A stretch of DNA of 50,307 nt, counting the filler, from Bipalium vagum (Eukaryota), in assembly GCA_037834085.1 (NCBI GenBank). It is 3 parts of 3 records of this genome, joined end to end, with 100 filler letters (N's around TTAATTAATTAA, not from the genome) between each part and the next. Parts side by side here need not be neighbours in the genome. Positions count along the whole stretch, not along the records: positions 16,264 to 32,823 come from JBBMKC010105562.1; positions 32,924 to 50,307 come from JBBMKC010069107.1; 1 more part is not named here. One strand, written 5' to 3'. The notes under the pieces were generated by a model. The model made no database searches, was not told where the DNA came from, and saw only the letters and a program-made list of their open reading frames with translations. This document shows positions 26,654 to 40,052 of this stretch, piece after piece; the first letter of the stretch is position 1; each line of letters begins with the position of its first letter. A program made the position numbers and the translations under genes.

Positions 26654-28622
26654 TATTTGTTTTTAAAAAATATAGTAATACCATTGTTATAGAGTCACTT
26701 TGTGGATTTTTAATTTTATGCTAATTTTCTTTTATCAATTTAAATTGTAAATAATATTTTTAATGTAATTGAAATATTAAATTTTTCTTTAAGAATTTTT
26801 GTTGATTAAAAAAAGTAGGGTTCTGAGGAAAAAATTTGATTGTGACCTAGGCAGCGCACCTAGGTATTTTTAATTTATTCAATAGTTGGTAGAATTGTCT
26901 CAGACTGAGTAGGGGAAGATGATTCTTTGGGAGTCTCATAAAGAATTGTTATAATGAAGGACTGATGAAAACAGTAGATAAATGATCAGTTATATTTATA
27001 TATAAACGCTTAACTTTGCTCAAAATTTTCTAAAATGTTTTCCAAAATATATCAGATATGAGAATATTGTTGAAAACTTAACTTTAAGAAATTTTTTTTC
27101 AGAATAACATATCTAAGTCAGTTAGTCGAAGTTATATAAACTCTCCAAATATTTATCCAAGATCGTTGGCGTAAACACATTGGACTAGACAGACATTAAA
27201 AAGAAATATAATGAAGATTTTGTATATTTGTATGGAGTTATTTGACATCAACGCAAAAACATTTTTTATCTGTAAATTTGCAAGAATTGGGTGATAATCT
27301 TGAAATTAAAATTGTACGGAAAAAATATAAAGCAAACAACATTATAATTCAATTTCTTCCGGTCTGAGAAAAGAACCTTTGTCATGGATGCAAGAATGAC
27401 TTAAAATCGGGTTTCAAGATAATATTTTACATTTCTAATCGTGATGTTGGGTCAAGTCTAGAATTCAAGTGGTATTTCAAAAGTTAAGCATAATAATAGA
27501 ATTTTGTCATAATTCGAAAAAGGATGCTTAAAAAAAATTTTTTGTTTTTTACTTGAACATGTTCCAGCTAAGATAAAAAAATCAATATAATAAAACAGGA
27601 ACGAAATCTCCATTTCGTGTGCTACATAAATATTCTAATTTGTAAAGTCTGAGATTAAATTGTTACATTCCTTTTCATAAAACTATCATCTTTTATTTGT
27701 TTATATTTTAACAATAAAAAAATTGAAAACTAATCTTTTACGTTCTTTGGAATTTTTTCCCATGGTGATCAGCATTATTCCAAATCATTGAAAAGATCTT
27801 AAGAACTTGCCAGTTTTTGCTGATCTAGCTTGGGTATTTTTCGTAAATTTTAAATAATCTAACCTAGTAGATTATTTTGAGTACATTTATCTACTAATAC
27901 CTGGTTTTAAAATGATTTTCTCAAGAATTTAACAACCTTCAATATACTTTACTTTTTACCCAATCATAATTTACTTTATGATTAATTTTGTAAAAATTAA
28001 AAAATATATTAAATGTGAAATGTATTTACTGTTTCGACCATATGTCATTCCAAATGAATACAACCACCACTTTTAGGACGTTTTTTATCTCATCTAATTA
28101 TAGAATAACAATATTCATATAATGTTTCATAAATATGTATATACTGTTGATTATTTTTGCTTTAAACGCGTATACATTTATTTATGAAACTCCCTGTACT
28201 TAGTAATTGTCTAAATAAGATTAATTAGCAATAAAAATATTTTTTGAAAATCTTTTAAAATTGTCTGCTTTTTTATTGAGACAGAGAAATTTTTGAAAAA
28301 TTCGTGCAAAAACGAAATTTAATCAAAAATATAATTTGTCAATTTTTCGTTAATATTTGAAAAATAATAATTAAATTTAGAACTGTTAAATTAATATTAT
28401 TTTGGCATAAAATTAAAGATCCTTAGTATTTTCAATAGCACATTTTAATAATCTTAATTCCTGGATTGAGTATTTCATAAGTAGATTAATATATAGTACT
28501 GAGCAATAGGAAAAATTTTAAAGAATATCACTATCCTAAAGTACCACATTTTGGAGTTTCCAAAATTATATTATTTGAGAATAATGAAAATTTTAAGATC
28601 AGATTACGTATTTCGAGAACGA

Positions 28623-28630
28623 TATATAAA
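28623..28630 (+). promoter_or_regulatory. Putative TATA box of the lectin gene
   Basis: TATATAAA starting 38 bp upstream of the ATG at 28661. Confidence 0.45.
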
Positions 28631-28660
28631 GGAATGAATTCCTGGTTGACTTCTCAAATT

Positions 28661-31591
28661 ATGTCCGCAAATTTCATTTGGAATATTTTTATTTGCTTTA
28701 TATTATTCAATCTGAAAATAAGCGCAATAATTCATGGTTATTTTTAATTTTTTTAAGCACGATATTAATTAATAAATTTTAATTAAATTTTAGCAACAGT
28801 GAAGCCGGATGAATTTGTTTTTTCACAAAGACCCTTAAATTATCGAGATGCCATCAAATTCTGTCATGAAAAGAAGATGGTAATTGTTAAGATTACCAAT
28901 GCAGAAACAAATGTAAGATTGTTACTGAATCTAAAATGTGCGAAATAATTTTTATTTATAGAAAAGAGTCTTCGAATTTGCAAAAAGTAAAAGATTGAGA
29001 GAATATTGGATAAATGTATATTATAGACAGCAAGAAAAAGATTATCGACATATTGACGGAAGTGAAATTTTCTACACGTATGATTTTTATTTATTTCGAA
29101 TCCTGAAAATTTACTTAATAACATTTTTTTAGTAATTGGGTCCAAGGTCAGCCAGACAACTTTCAAAATGACCAAAGCTGTGTGAGAAGTGGAGGATATT
29201 TAAAAGAATTTTGGGATGACATATTTTGCTCTTCATCCCACACTGTAATATGTGGTGCCTATTTACAATTGAATAGCGATCCGTTTTATCTTTTACCTAA
29301 AACTGTGAATTTTACAACAGCTGTTAAACTTTGTCAAGAAAATGGAATGAGTCTTATTAGAATCGATGATGCTAATACAAATGTATAACATATCTCATCT
29401 TTTTAATCTTACTCATATATCTATAGAAAATAGTATTTGAATATGCAAAAAGAAAGAGCTTAGGACTGTTCTGGATAGATGTTAATCACAGACAAAAGGA
29501 AAATGATTATGTTCATCTTGATGGAAGTAAAGTCATCTACACGTACGACTTATATTGATTTTTTAATCTTGATTGTTTATATTGAAACATATCCTTTAGA
29601 AATTGGCAGCCAAGTCAACCAGACAATTTTCATAACAAACAAAGCTGTGTTAGAAGTGGGGACTATCTAAACGAATTATGGGATGATATAGAGTGCAACT
29701 CAGAACATCGTGGAATTTGTAATACAACCAATGTTACATTAATTGAAAATCAATTTCACCTTTTACCTGAGCCCGTAAATTTTGATACAGCTGTCAAACT
29801 ATGTCAAAAAAAAGGCATGAGTTTAATAAAAATTGACGAAGTTAATGAAAATGTAAAACTAATAGTACTTTTTTGTATTTAAACATTTTTCCTTATATTT
29901 CTAGAAATTAGTTTACAGATATGCTTTAGCAAAAAATATAGTTCGGTATTGGATAGATGCGAATGATCAATCGAAGGAAAATGAATTTAGACATGTTGAT
30001 GGGAGTAAAGTGACATACACGTAAATATTTCTTAAAATATTAAAAAATAATATCAATTCGGCACCTTTTTTCAGTAATTGGCTTCCATTTCAACCGGACA
30101 ATAAAAGAAACAATGAACATTGTGTTGAAAGTGGGACTGTCTTTTTTGGATTATGGAATGATAGAGACTGTCAGTTGAAGATTTCCGGAATTTGTACTGC
30201 AACCAAAAAGTCATTTGACGAAAATCAGTTTTATCTTTTACCGATACCTGTGAACTTTGAAAAAGCGGTACAACTTTGTGAAGAAAGAGGCATGAGTTTA
30301 ATTAGAATTGATGACAGTAATACAAATGTAAAATGCATTTTACCTTGCATATTTTTAGAATTTTATTTTTTGTAGAAAATGGTCCATCAATATGCTGTAG
30401 AAAAAAAATTGATACGATATTGGATAGATGCAAATGATAGAGTAAAGGAAAAGGAATTTGTCCATATTGATGGGAGTAAAGTGACATATCAGTACGTACT
30501 TGATTATTTTTCATCAATAATAGTTTTAAATGTCTTTAGCAACTGGCTCCCACATCAACCAGACAATGCAGGAAACAAAGAAAATTGTGTTGAAAGTGGA
30601 ACATTCTATGAGGGACTTTGGAATGATGAGAACTGTAAAACGATATTGTACGGAATATGTAATGCAACCAAAAAGTCATTTGATAAAAATCAATTTTATC
30701 TTTTACCAAAACCTGTGAACTTTGAAACAGCCAAGAAACTTTGTGAAGAAAAAGGAATGAGTCTTATTAAAATCGATAATGCTGATACAAATGTAATAAA
30801 TATCTTTCTTTTACCAATTCTAAATATCTTTCAAATAATTGTAGAATATAGTTTTTGAATATGCAACAAAAAAGGGATTGGGTCTTTATTGGACGGATAT
30901 TAATCATAGAAAGAAAGAAAACGATTATGTTCATATAGATGGAAGTAAAGTGAAGTTTACGTAAGGCTAAAAAATTTTCATTTTGAATGCGTACAATAGT
31001 AATTCTCTATAGTAATTGGCAGCCAACTCAACCAGATAACTTTAACGACACCCAGAGCTGTGTGAGAAGTGGAGGGTATTTAAAAGCGTTCTGGGATGAT
31101 ATAGAATGTTCCATGGAACATCAAATCATATGTAATGCAACTGTAACAGCATGGAATGGAAAAGATTTTCAGATATTATCAAAACTTTCTAATAATTCAA
31201 CAGTCAAGACACGTTGTAAAGATGAAGGCATCAAACTTTTGAAAGTTAATAGTACAAATGTGAAAGTAAAATTATTTAAATATTTTTTTTAATATATTGA
31301 AAATTCAAAGGACTTGGTTTTCCGTGATTGTCAGTCTCTCACGGAAATAGACTTTAATTCCTTTAAGAAAAACATTAGAATAGATGATGAGCTTTATGTT
31401 TTCAGGTCTTGGTCGTAATGTTTATAAATAATCTTAATCTTGTTGATTTCAGTAACAGTAATATGGCTCATGGTACGGATAATGAGAAAGTTGTTGAGAA
31501 TATTTCAGAAATTTTAAATCTGAAAGATGAGATCCTGAAATATCTGAAGCTTACTGATGACCTACACGTTATCTGCTATTCTATTGAATAA
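28661..31591 (+). CDS. Secreted multi-domain C-type lectin, ~756 aa, five complete CTLDs plus a degenerate sixth; exons 28661-28736, 28794-28912, 28962-29077, 29133-29382, 29427-29542, 29600-29852, 29905-30020, 30075-30327, 30376-30491, 30540-30792, 30845-30960, 31013-31265, 31311-31405, 31453-31591
   Basis: Hydrophobic signal-like exon 1; each repeat has A..C...M..I.I, (Y/F)W(I/T)(D/N), DGS..Y.NW...QPDN...CV.SG....W(N/D)D..C......C; all introns GT-AG; total 2271 nt in frame; no transmembrane segment. Confidence 0.92.
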
Positions 31592-32668
31592 TTTATACAA
31601 AATCATTTGAGTTGAAATAATTGTGTTGTTAAACATAAAAATAGATTTTGAATTATTACTATTATTTTGATGTTTAAATTTATATTTTTATTCAACATTT
31701 CTTTGAGGTGGAGAAATTTGTAAACAATAATATATCTTTCATTCAATATGCTTATGTGAGTGATAACATTTAAATTTAAAATTTCCTTTCTGGTTTTTGT
31801 TTTCAATTCGTGCTATTCTTCTTTCGTTTCAGCATATACAATATCGAAGATTTTGGTTTCTCATGCTAAATTCGGCATTGGACATTTGTATTTCATCTCG
31901 ATCTATAAAATTTATTTATATAAAATTTTATAAAATTTTAGTAATAAAATTTAGTATTTGTCATAATATGTATCAATAATGTTTACACAAAAACATAAAT
32001 AATCTCTTCGGATAATCTTCTTCTCAAACTCAATAGACTTTCTTTGAAAAATCTTCTATCAAACAGAATAATAAAAATTTCCTCCTCTGGAAATATTTGG
32101 CGAGATTTTTTAGAGACTTTCGCGGTTTTACGAAGACATTTGGTATTTTCAAGAAGTATTGGATTTATTGTTTTCGACAAATTTAGATCAAAAGAGGAAA
32201 TTTTCTTTCAAGATTTTACTCATTCAAGAAGTATACTGCATTTTGAAATGCTTCAAACAATCAATCGATCTTGTGGAGTTCGGTTGTCTTTAAATGTCTA
32301 ACTGATGACCTAAAGGGTTAGTTAAGACCATTTAATTCAAGTTTTTTTCATTTTCTTCATTGAATAATTTCTTGAGTTTTTCGTTTTATTGACATTAATT
32401 TCATTATTTGATTTACTTTAGTGTAATATCGATTAATTTTGGATGTATCTATAAATGGTGCACTGGTTACGAATAACAGTTGATCAATCTGATTTCGAAT
32501 ACCAAGAATTGGATATGTAACATTTGACAATTGTGTTAATATTTGTATTGTTAATAAAATTTCATTGTGTTTCTTTCATTAACACCAGCCATTAATGAGG
32601 GAAAAGATAAACACTAGAATTTTAATTACTACTAATTGGATTTAGTTAATACATGTAAATAATTAATA

Positions 32669-32823
32669 CAGTGAAACCTGCTTAAATTGTACACCATAGT
32701 GTCCTTGCTGAAAAGTTCAAATTAGAGAGGTGTTCAGATAATCAAAGTGTTCAAGTTTAACAGGTTACATTACACATCTGTTTACACTTTTGTTCAATTT
32801 TACAAGGTTTTTGAAAAATAAAA
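32669..32823. mobile_element. Terminus of a pogo/Tigger-like DNA element at the contig end
   Basis: TA followed by CAGTGAAACCT, a typical pogo-family TIR start. Confidence 0.45.
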
Positions 32824-32923
32824 NNNNNNNNNNNNNNNNNNNNNNNNNNNNNNNNNNNNNNNNNNNNTTAATTAATTAANNNNNNNNNNNNNNNNNNNNN
32901 NNNNNNNNNNNNNNNNNNNNNNN
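32824..32923. other. Artificial contig spacer (44 N + TTAATTAATTAA + 44 N)
   Basis: Identical to the spacer at 16164-16263. Confidence 0.97.
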
Positions 32924-33954
32924 GCACAAAACATATTGGTTAAAAAATGCGTAAAATCTTTAATTAAAAAGAACCAATTGTCCATGATTTAAATTCGGGA
33001 CTCATTCAAATTCTTAGGAGAACATTGTTGAATTACCTTTCCAATCTCATTCAGTAATTAATATTCAACATAAAGGAAATATTTTTATCTGGTCTTAAAT
33101 TTCTTATTTTATACAACATAGAATTCCTCAGTATTCCTCAGTGACCCTTTTCGATTTTCGCGACTTCAGATGTGGTCTTGAATATTTGGTATAATTACTT
33201 TTGTATGATAATATTGTGAAGACTGCGAGATCCAGCCTCCAAATAACAATTCAATATGGCAAAAACATTGTCGAATATCTGAGTCTCTGGACATTTACCC
33301 ATACTTTGTTTATCTTTATTCTTCGTGCATAAGGAAGTATAAGAGTGTGCTCCATGATAAAAACATACAATTTTATTTAACTTTTATGTTAATGTTACAT
33401 TGTAACAACGGAACTCACCTCTTTAAATCATTCTTCTCTGATTCTCTTTTTCATTAAACTAGTGAATAAAACGACGATAAGCTCTAGTCTAGTCTAAATA
33501 AAATTACACAAATTATATATTGTTTTTTATACAACAAATGAATGACTAAATAATCACTAAATGATCAATAATGTCATTGTTTTGAAAATTTGGATTGCTT
33601 TGGGATCGAAGTTTTTGAACTAATTGGTTGAACTGATTGATCCGAAGGTGGGAGTCTCCACACAGTTATAAAACCTGGATATCACTAAAAGTATCCGATT
33701 CCACAAATGAAAGTTCAAAAGGCACTTAAATAAAATTATATTATAAATTTAATTAATTATAAATTTATAATTAATAATATATATTTATAATAATTATAAA
33801 TTTATTGAAAAACAAACTTAAAAACTATTTTGAACACTTATCACAATATTGGAATGATAATTTAAAATGTTGACATGTTGTTTTACTATATTAATTTAAT
33901 TAATTTTTCGATATTTATTTGAAATCAAATTATAAAAGTTAAAATATTTTTTTA

Positions 33955-34850
33955 AATGAAAGCTGAAGAAATTCATATTCGTCATTGTCCATTATATGAG
34001 TATAAAAACGAATCAACTCCATCAAATGCATTTGGAAACATAACTTTTTTATCCGGGTTCAGGTTTATCACTGAAAAAAAGCAATAAACGGTTCCGAAAG
34101 TTTTAGTGGGAATTATGAGGTATCAAAAAGTTGGGGAAGAGTTTTTCTAATTTTGATGACGATGGTCTTTGACTATTATCGAAGAAGAACCAAAATTTAC
34201 AACATTAGAATTGGGAAATTGCCGCCAAGTCTCACACCCACAGTGTCACTCATCTTAACCACTTAGGCAAAATGAGTAAAGAGGGGTAATGTGTTCCTCA
34301 GTGGTAGAGTGAAAGCAACAAACAGAACAGGTTGCTAAATTTCTTATCTATTTCCTTCAGATTTTACGAAAACTTTTAAAAAAGAAGTGACAAATGATGA
34401 AAAGTGGTTGTGGTAGGTTATTATTAAAAGAAGCAGAGGCAAAATAGAGTTTTATCCAACTAGATAATGTTTGTTTGTTGAGATTATCAATCTTTAATAT
34501 ATTTCGAAAAACATATCTATCACAGCAAACGTGTACTGTAATCAATTAGCAAAGTTTGAAGTTGAATTGAAAAATACAAGACCTGAACTGATCAACAGAA
34601 AGAATATCATTTTCCAACCCGATTCCTAGCTTCAAAAGTGACTCTTCAAAATATTAGAGATTTAGAATATGAACTTCTTCATCCTGCATACTAAACTGAC
34701 ATCACCCCTTCAGACCATCACTTGATTATGTCTCTACAAAATTATGTAAAAAAGTTATAGACAATAATAGAAATTACTTTATCACTTTCTCCATTGCCCA
34801 AAATCGATTTTTAAAAAAATTGTATTTAATTCCATTTGCACTTTTTAAGT
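33955..34850 (+). mobile_element. Degenerate mariner transposase
   Basis: MKAEEIHIRHC..YEYK start, VTNDEKW, ITANVYCNQL, LINRKNIIF, and DITPSDHHL (SPDLAPSDYHL-like); many frameshifts. Confidence 0.8.
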
Positions 34851-35609
34851 ATAAGTATCAGGTATAAGTATACTAAATGAAATGACGGTTTTCAAAATTT
34901 TAACAACACTAAATCAAAAAGAGCTATGAAGCCCATTTTATTCATCAAAATATTTTCCATAGTTCTCGATACACTTCTGCCATTGAGACAATAAACGATA
35001 AATTCCCTTTTTAGAGAAATCAGATTTCTGGACTCAAAAAACTGAATAATAACATTTTGAAAGTTACCTTTTGTCTGAAACACCTTATTGATCAGAAATA
35101 TATTTATATGTTTGAACTTATGATAATATGATGATGAGAATTTCGGAGATTAAGCTGAATGAGGTAAAATTTCGTAGATCAAATCATGTTTCTTTTATGC
35201 TATAAACCTCAAAACATACAGTCTTACAATAACATGGAGAAAAATAGAATCTTTTTTATTTGTACTGTCCTGGGCAATTTTTAAGTAATATATGGTGAAC
35301 TATTTCAATTTCTTTGCAGTACAGATGAGCTGTGATACTCACTTGGTATTAAAAAGTTATAGTGAATTAATCAAACAATTAATCACCAAAAAATGACCAT
35401 AGTGTCCTTTGGGCGAAGGCTATGCTTAGGCACCTGTTTTGGTTTTTCATCTGCATCCAGACATTTCACTGATCTTCGCCGATTCTCATATAAAACCAAC
35501 TTCTCAAAGGTTACAATTCGATAAAGAAATATTTTCTTTCGGTTCCGATTAATCACAGAAAAAGGATTTTAAATCTCTTACTTTCTTGTTTATCATGTAA
35601 TTGGTGTGG

Positions 35610-35908
35610 TATCAGATTTTTTTTGTTCAAATACCCCAAGCGAGAACTAAGAGGTAAAAAAAATTCATCTAAAGACGATTTGCAGAAGACTGTCACTGGT
35701 TATCTTAACGAAAAATCTCCCGATTTCTTCAAAAATGCCTTCTTGAAACATGTCACTCACCGGAAAAAATGTGTTGACATTTCTGGGAACTTTATTGAAA
35801 AATAATTATCTGTACATATTCATTGTTATTGTTAAGTTTACTGAAAATGTGTATTAAAAAGAACCGGGTTAAAAAGATCGATAATGGACTTATGAGCAAC
35901 TTAACATA
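35610..35908 (+). mobile_element. 3' end of a mariner element
   Basis: FLFKYPKRELRGKK..SKDDLQKTV..Y....PDFFKNAF....HRKKCVDISGNFIEK C-terminus followed by a GGACTTATGAGCAACTTAA TIR-like end. Confidence 0.7.
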
Positions 35909-37403
35909 AACTATATGTAATTTTAGTAGGATTTAGTGCGCGTATGTAAGGAGATAAAATTAGAGTGACAATAAAAAAATTTGATTGCAAAACGATAATT
36001 TTTTAAACTTTTAAAACAATAAACTGAATTAACAAATGGTTTTGTAAAATAATTTTGTATATAAATCTGACAACTTTATTATCGATACAAATTATTTTGG
36101 AGTCAAAACCCGAGATAAAGATTTAAGAAAAAAGTCAGATCACCCTTCGATATCCTACTCTCAACGGCCCTCAGTAAAAAATTCGGCTCTCCGTCCTAAT
36201 AGACGTGGAGAACACAAAAAAGAAAATACTAAGAAATAAGAAAAAGGTAAAAGTTATTTGATCCTAAGGTGTTGGAGTAGCTGTCCAACCCTTAGTATTT
36301 ATTTAATTTAATTAATAAACCTTTAACTTATAATTTCGAATTGAATTATAGTTAAGTGGTTTCGTTATTTAGTGGTCACTTCACCTAATAATAGTTTGAA
36401 ACTGAGATTTATTTAACTTTAATTAATTGGTGGAATTTGTAATCAAATTCCCTATTGAATGAATTCAAATAAAAAATTGCTTATTTCAATAATCGTTATC
36501 TTTCGAATTACGGAATACTGTTGCTGAATTGATTCTCCTTTTTGGTTTTATTGATTGTTGCAGTTTTGACGTTTTTTAGATGGGGTTTGAGTTTATACTT
36601 TCTCTGTGATAATTGTGCTAAGTAACTACTTGCTGGTATCTATTTCCTTTACAACGAGAATTGTGCTGGTAATTTTAATCCTTGAGATAAATATTATGCT
36701 GGTTAATTAATTGAATTTAAAATTCTGCGGGTTTTGATGCAATTTCTGCTTTCAGGATATTACACCTGCAACTTCTAGATTATATATTTCTTCTTCTTGT
36801 TGTCCAATTAATTCGATTATTTATATTATTTTATATTATTATATTTTTAATTATAGTAACTTTATGTTACTACTTTCCAAATTGTTATGTAAAAAATATT
36901 ATGGTATAATTTTATTTATAGTAATGTTTTTTACAATTTTGTTGAAAAATTATTTATAGTAACCTTTTGTTACTAAACAAATTTTCCTAATATTTTAAAA
37001 ATTAATCATCAAAATGATTATTTTTTAATTAATTATAATTATAATTTTTATATTTTATATATTATTTTGTATTTTATATTATTTAAACAGATAATAAAGA
37101 AAATTAATTAAAATTAAATTCCGGGTTTTAACTCTCACATAAAAAATAAAAAATAAAATTTCAAACAATAAAAACACAAAAATCTAATCTCGAAAATAAA
37201 AAATGCCAAATATAGGTTAGATATGCGCTCAACAACTCCTTCAAAAGTAGTGTAACAAATGGGTGTTCTAAATGTAACTAAAATCAACTGAAATAACACG
37301 ATTTTATTACAAAAATATATTTTCAAAACAATACACTCTTTTTTAGCAATAATATCTGGTATCTAATTAATTATTGTCTTCTTGGTTTTACGATAACCAA
37401 AAA

Positions 37404-37823
37404 TGTCCTGTTGTCAAAAATATGTATTCTGTCGCCTAGAGTGAAGCAGAATCGATTTGCTAAGAGAACAAAAACGGAAATAAGAGAATTTAACAAAAAG
37501 AAGAGTATTGCAGAGTAGTACAGAGCTCTGAATACGTGGATCGTTATTTAGTCATTTAAATTTTCCTCAAAAGAGATAGATATATTTTCTTAAATAGCCG
37601 AAGCGTATTTAATATTACCTTTTACTAGTAGCTTTAACTTATCGATGCGAAGTTAAAGTGGGAATTGAATGCGAAAACCAAGAGCTTATATACTCCTGAT
37701 TTTCACATTCCTGTTCTTGATTGGCTTAAAATAAAAATTTCCATTATTAGAGTAATATGTGGGTTTTTGCTATTTTAGGAAGGCTCTTACATTATAGAAC
37801 TTACTAAATATATCCCCCACACA
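37404..37823 (-). mobile_element. Possible solo LTR
   Basis: TG...CA-bounded ~420-bp block with higher GC than its flanks, with CCAAT and TATATAA on the minus strand; no partner LTR in the window. Confidence 0.25.
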
Positions 37824-38339
37824 TATTATAATATTCACTCATATTAATGTATTTATAGAAATTTTCTTATTTTGAATCATTACTATTCATTTTAAATATT
37901 TTTATTAATTTTGTGTGTTAAGTTTAAATTAACTTCAACCCAAAATTTATATAATAATAATAATATTTATTAGTTATTAAAAACAAATTTATAATTTAAA
38001 TATAATTATTTTTTATAAAATATAAATAAGATATGAAATAACATATAAAATTACACAAGGAGCCCATAATAAAAGGAAAGTAAGCCTAGCAAGGCTTTTT
38101 CATGCAAATTCACAAAAATTAATAAATTGTTACATGTCAATAATGAGCTGCGGGGAATCACTGTCCATCAGATCTTGATTGGTTTGTTTTGGTTCCGGCT
38201 CCTTTGTAATCTCTGTTTTCGAATTGTTTTCGGGTGCAGCGGGTGCTCAGACCTCTTTTTCTATAGATGCCAACATAAGATTTGAATTTCTTACAGCAAT
38301 ATCAATTGAAAAAGAACATTATGGAAACAAATGAAATTA

Positions 38340-38945
38340 TACCAAATGTCATTGAAGATTGATAATAGTTAAAAAAAATCATATTATTGATTTGGAAACA
38401 AAGTAATTACACAATTTTATCGATAAAAATACAATGAAGCAATGTAGGAGATCATATAACAATTATTAATGTAATTATCACTGTGCTGGATTACATACTT
38501 CCAAAAATATGGTAGATCACTGATGCTCTCGCTATAAAAGTTCATTGGCCCACTGCCAAAAAAGTCTCCAACTAAAACTTTCAAATCGTCAAAAATTTGC
38601 GAATTTTTTAAAATTCAAGTTGTTCTGCAAGACCAGAAATAGATGATAATCAATTAGTGCAAGATCAGGAGAATAAAGTGGATGATAGAGAATCTCCAAC
38701 TCCGAATGTCAAAGTTTTTCACGAATAATATTTGCAATGTGCAGTTAGGCATTTTCATGCAGAAACCATTCAATTCTTTTCTGTTTTGGCAATTCTATCT
38801 GCCATTCGCTGCAATTGTTGACAGTATAATTCAGCATTGACAGTTTGATTGCATCCCAGCATTTTCCAACGAATAATAATTCTTATATCCCGACATACAT
38901 GAACCATTAATTTCATCTGATGCCGGTCAGCCTTTTGATGATTTT
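38340..38945 (-). mobile_element. Degenerate mariner transposase, catalytic half
   Basis: QTVNAELYCQQLQRM, HENA, and LYHPLYSPDLALIDYHLF motifs. Confidence 0.85.
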
Positions 38946-39498
38946 TTTCAACTTTATTTATTTCTAAAAATATTGACATTATGAATAATAAAAATAAATG
39001 AATGAATATAAAACTAAAATAAAGTACAAATAAAACGTGAGGTAATCCCCACACTTAATTTTACTAATTTTATACAATCAATTTTCGAATAAACATTTCA
39101 CCTAATTTAAATAATTTATATTATATAAAATCTAAATGTTTATAGATTAAAAAGTGAATTTTATATATTAATATCTTCCAATCATTTTTATAAACTTAAA
39201 AGTATAAAGTATAATAAATTATTAATCATTTAATTATTTAATTTTTAATTTGGTCTTATTCTTATATTTTTTATTCTTTAAAAATATAAAATAATAAACA
39301 ATATTTTTTACAATATTTTAAAATAGAAAATTCTCACAATATTTGATCATCTTTTTTTTGAAATATAAAAAAAATAATATAAAATAATAATAATTTAAAT
39401 TAATATAATTTAGTAATATATTGATATATATTAATACAATCGATCCCAGGTCATCTATTTTTTATCAAATATAAAAAATACATTATAAAATAATATAA

Positions 39499-39546
<48 letters not shown>

Positions 39547-39973
39547 TAAAATTAATATAATTTATTAATATATTGATACATATTAATACAATCGATTCAA
39601 GGTTGGTTTAGGAGTTCACGAGATATAATTTCACTTATATATTTTATTCAGACATTCAAATTGAATCTCAGAAACGGATAACATATCACATACCATTGAT
39701 TGTGTCGACTTCATTTAAACAAAAAAATATTATGCGCATAAATCTGATAAAAATAAATAATAATATTGTGACTTATCTTTCATCATTCCTTACTGATTTC
39801 AAAAATCGTTCTCAATGGCGTTCGTGATTTGACCGCAAATTTTCGATTATTTTGAATGTCAATCGATATTCGAAAATATAAATAAATAATGGAACTTGTT
39901 TTATGTCATTAGAATACCGTGCAATCTTTGACCTTTAGAGATTTTTGCAGATAAATAATTCTAATGCCATTTG

Positions 39974-40012
39974 CCAATTTTTCACGTGTATTTTTGTGGA
40001 GATTCTATATAA
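39974..40012 (+). promoter_or_regulatory. Compact promoter of SAM synthetase: CCAAT (39974), E-box CACGTG (39983), TATATAA (40006)
   Basis: Three canonical elements in a conventional order within 80 bp of the ATG at 40053. Confidence 0.5.
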
Positions 40013-40052
40013 GGGTATGAATTAAAAAACATTTCACTTTGAAGATTTTACG

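Noticed and set aside
26950-27450. piggyBac-like scraps (GVNTLD, YGV)
   Set aside because: Motif order is inconsistent with piggyBac transposase and the matches are too short
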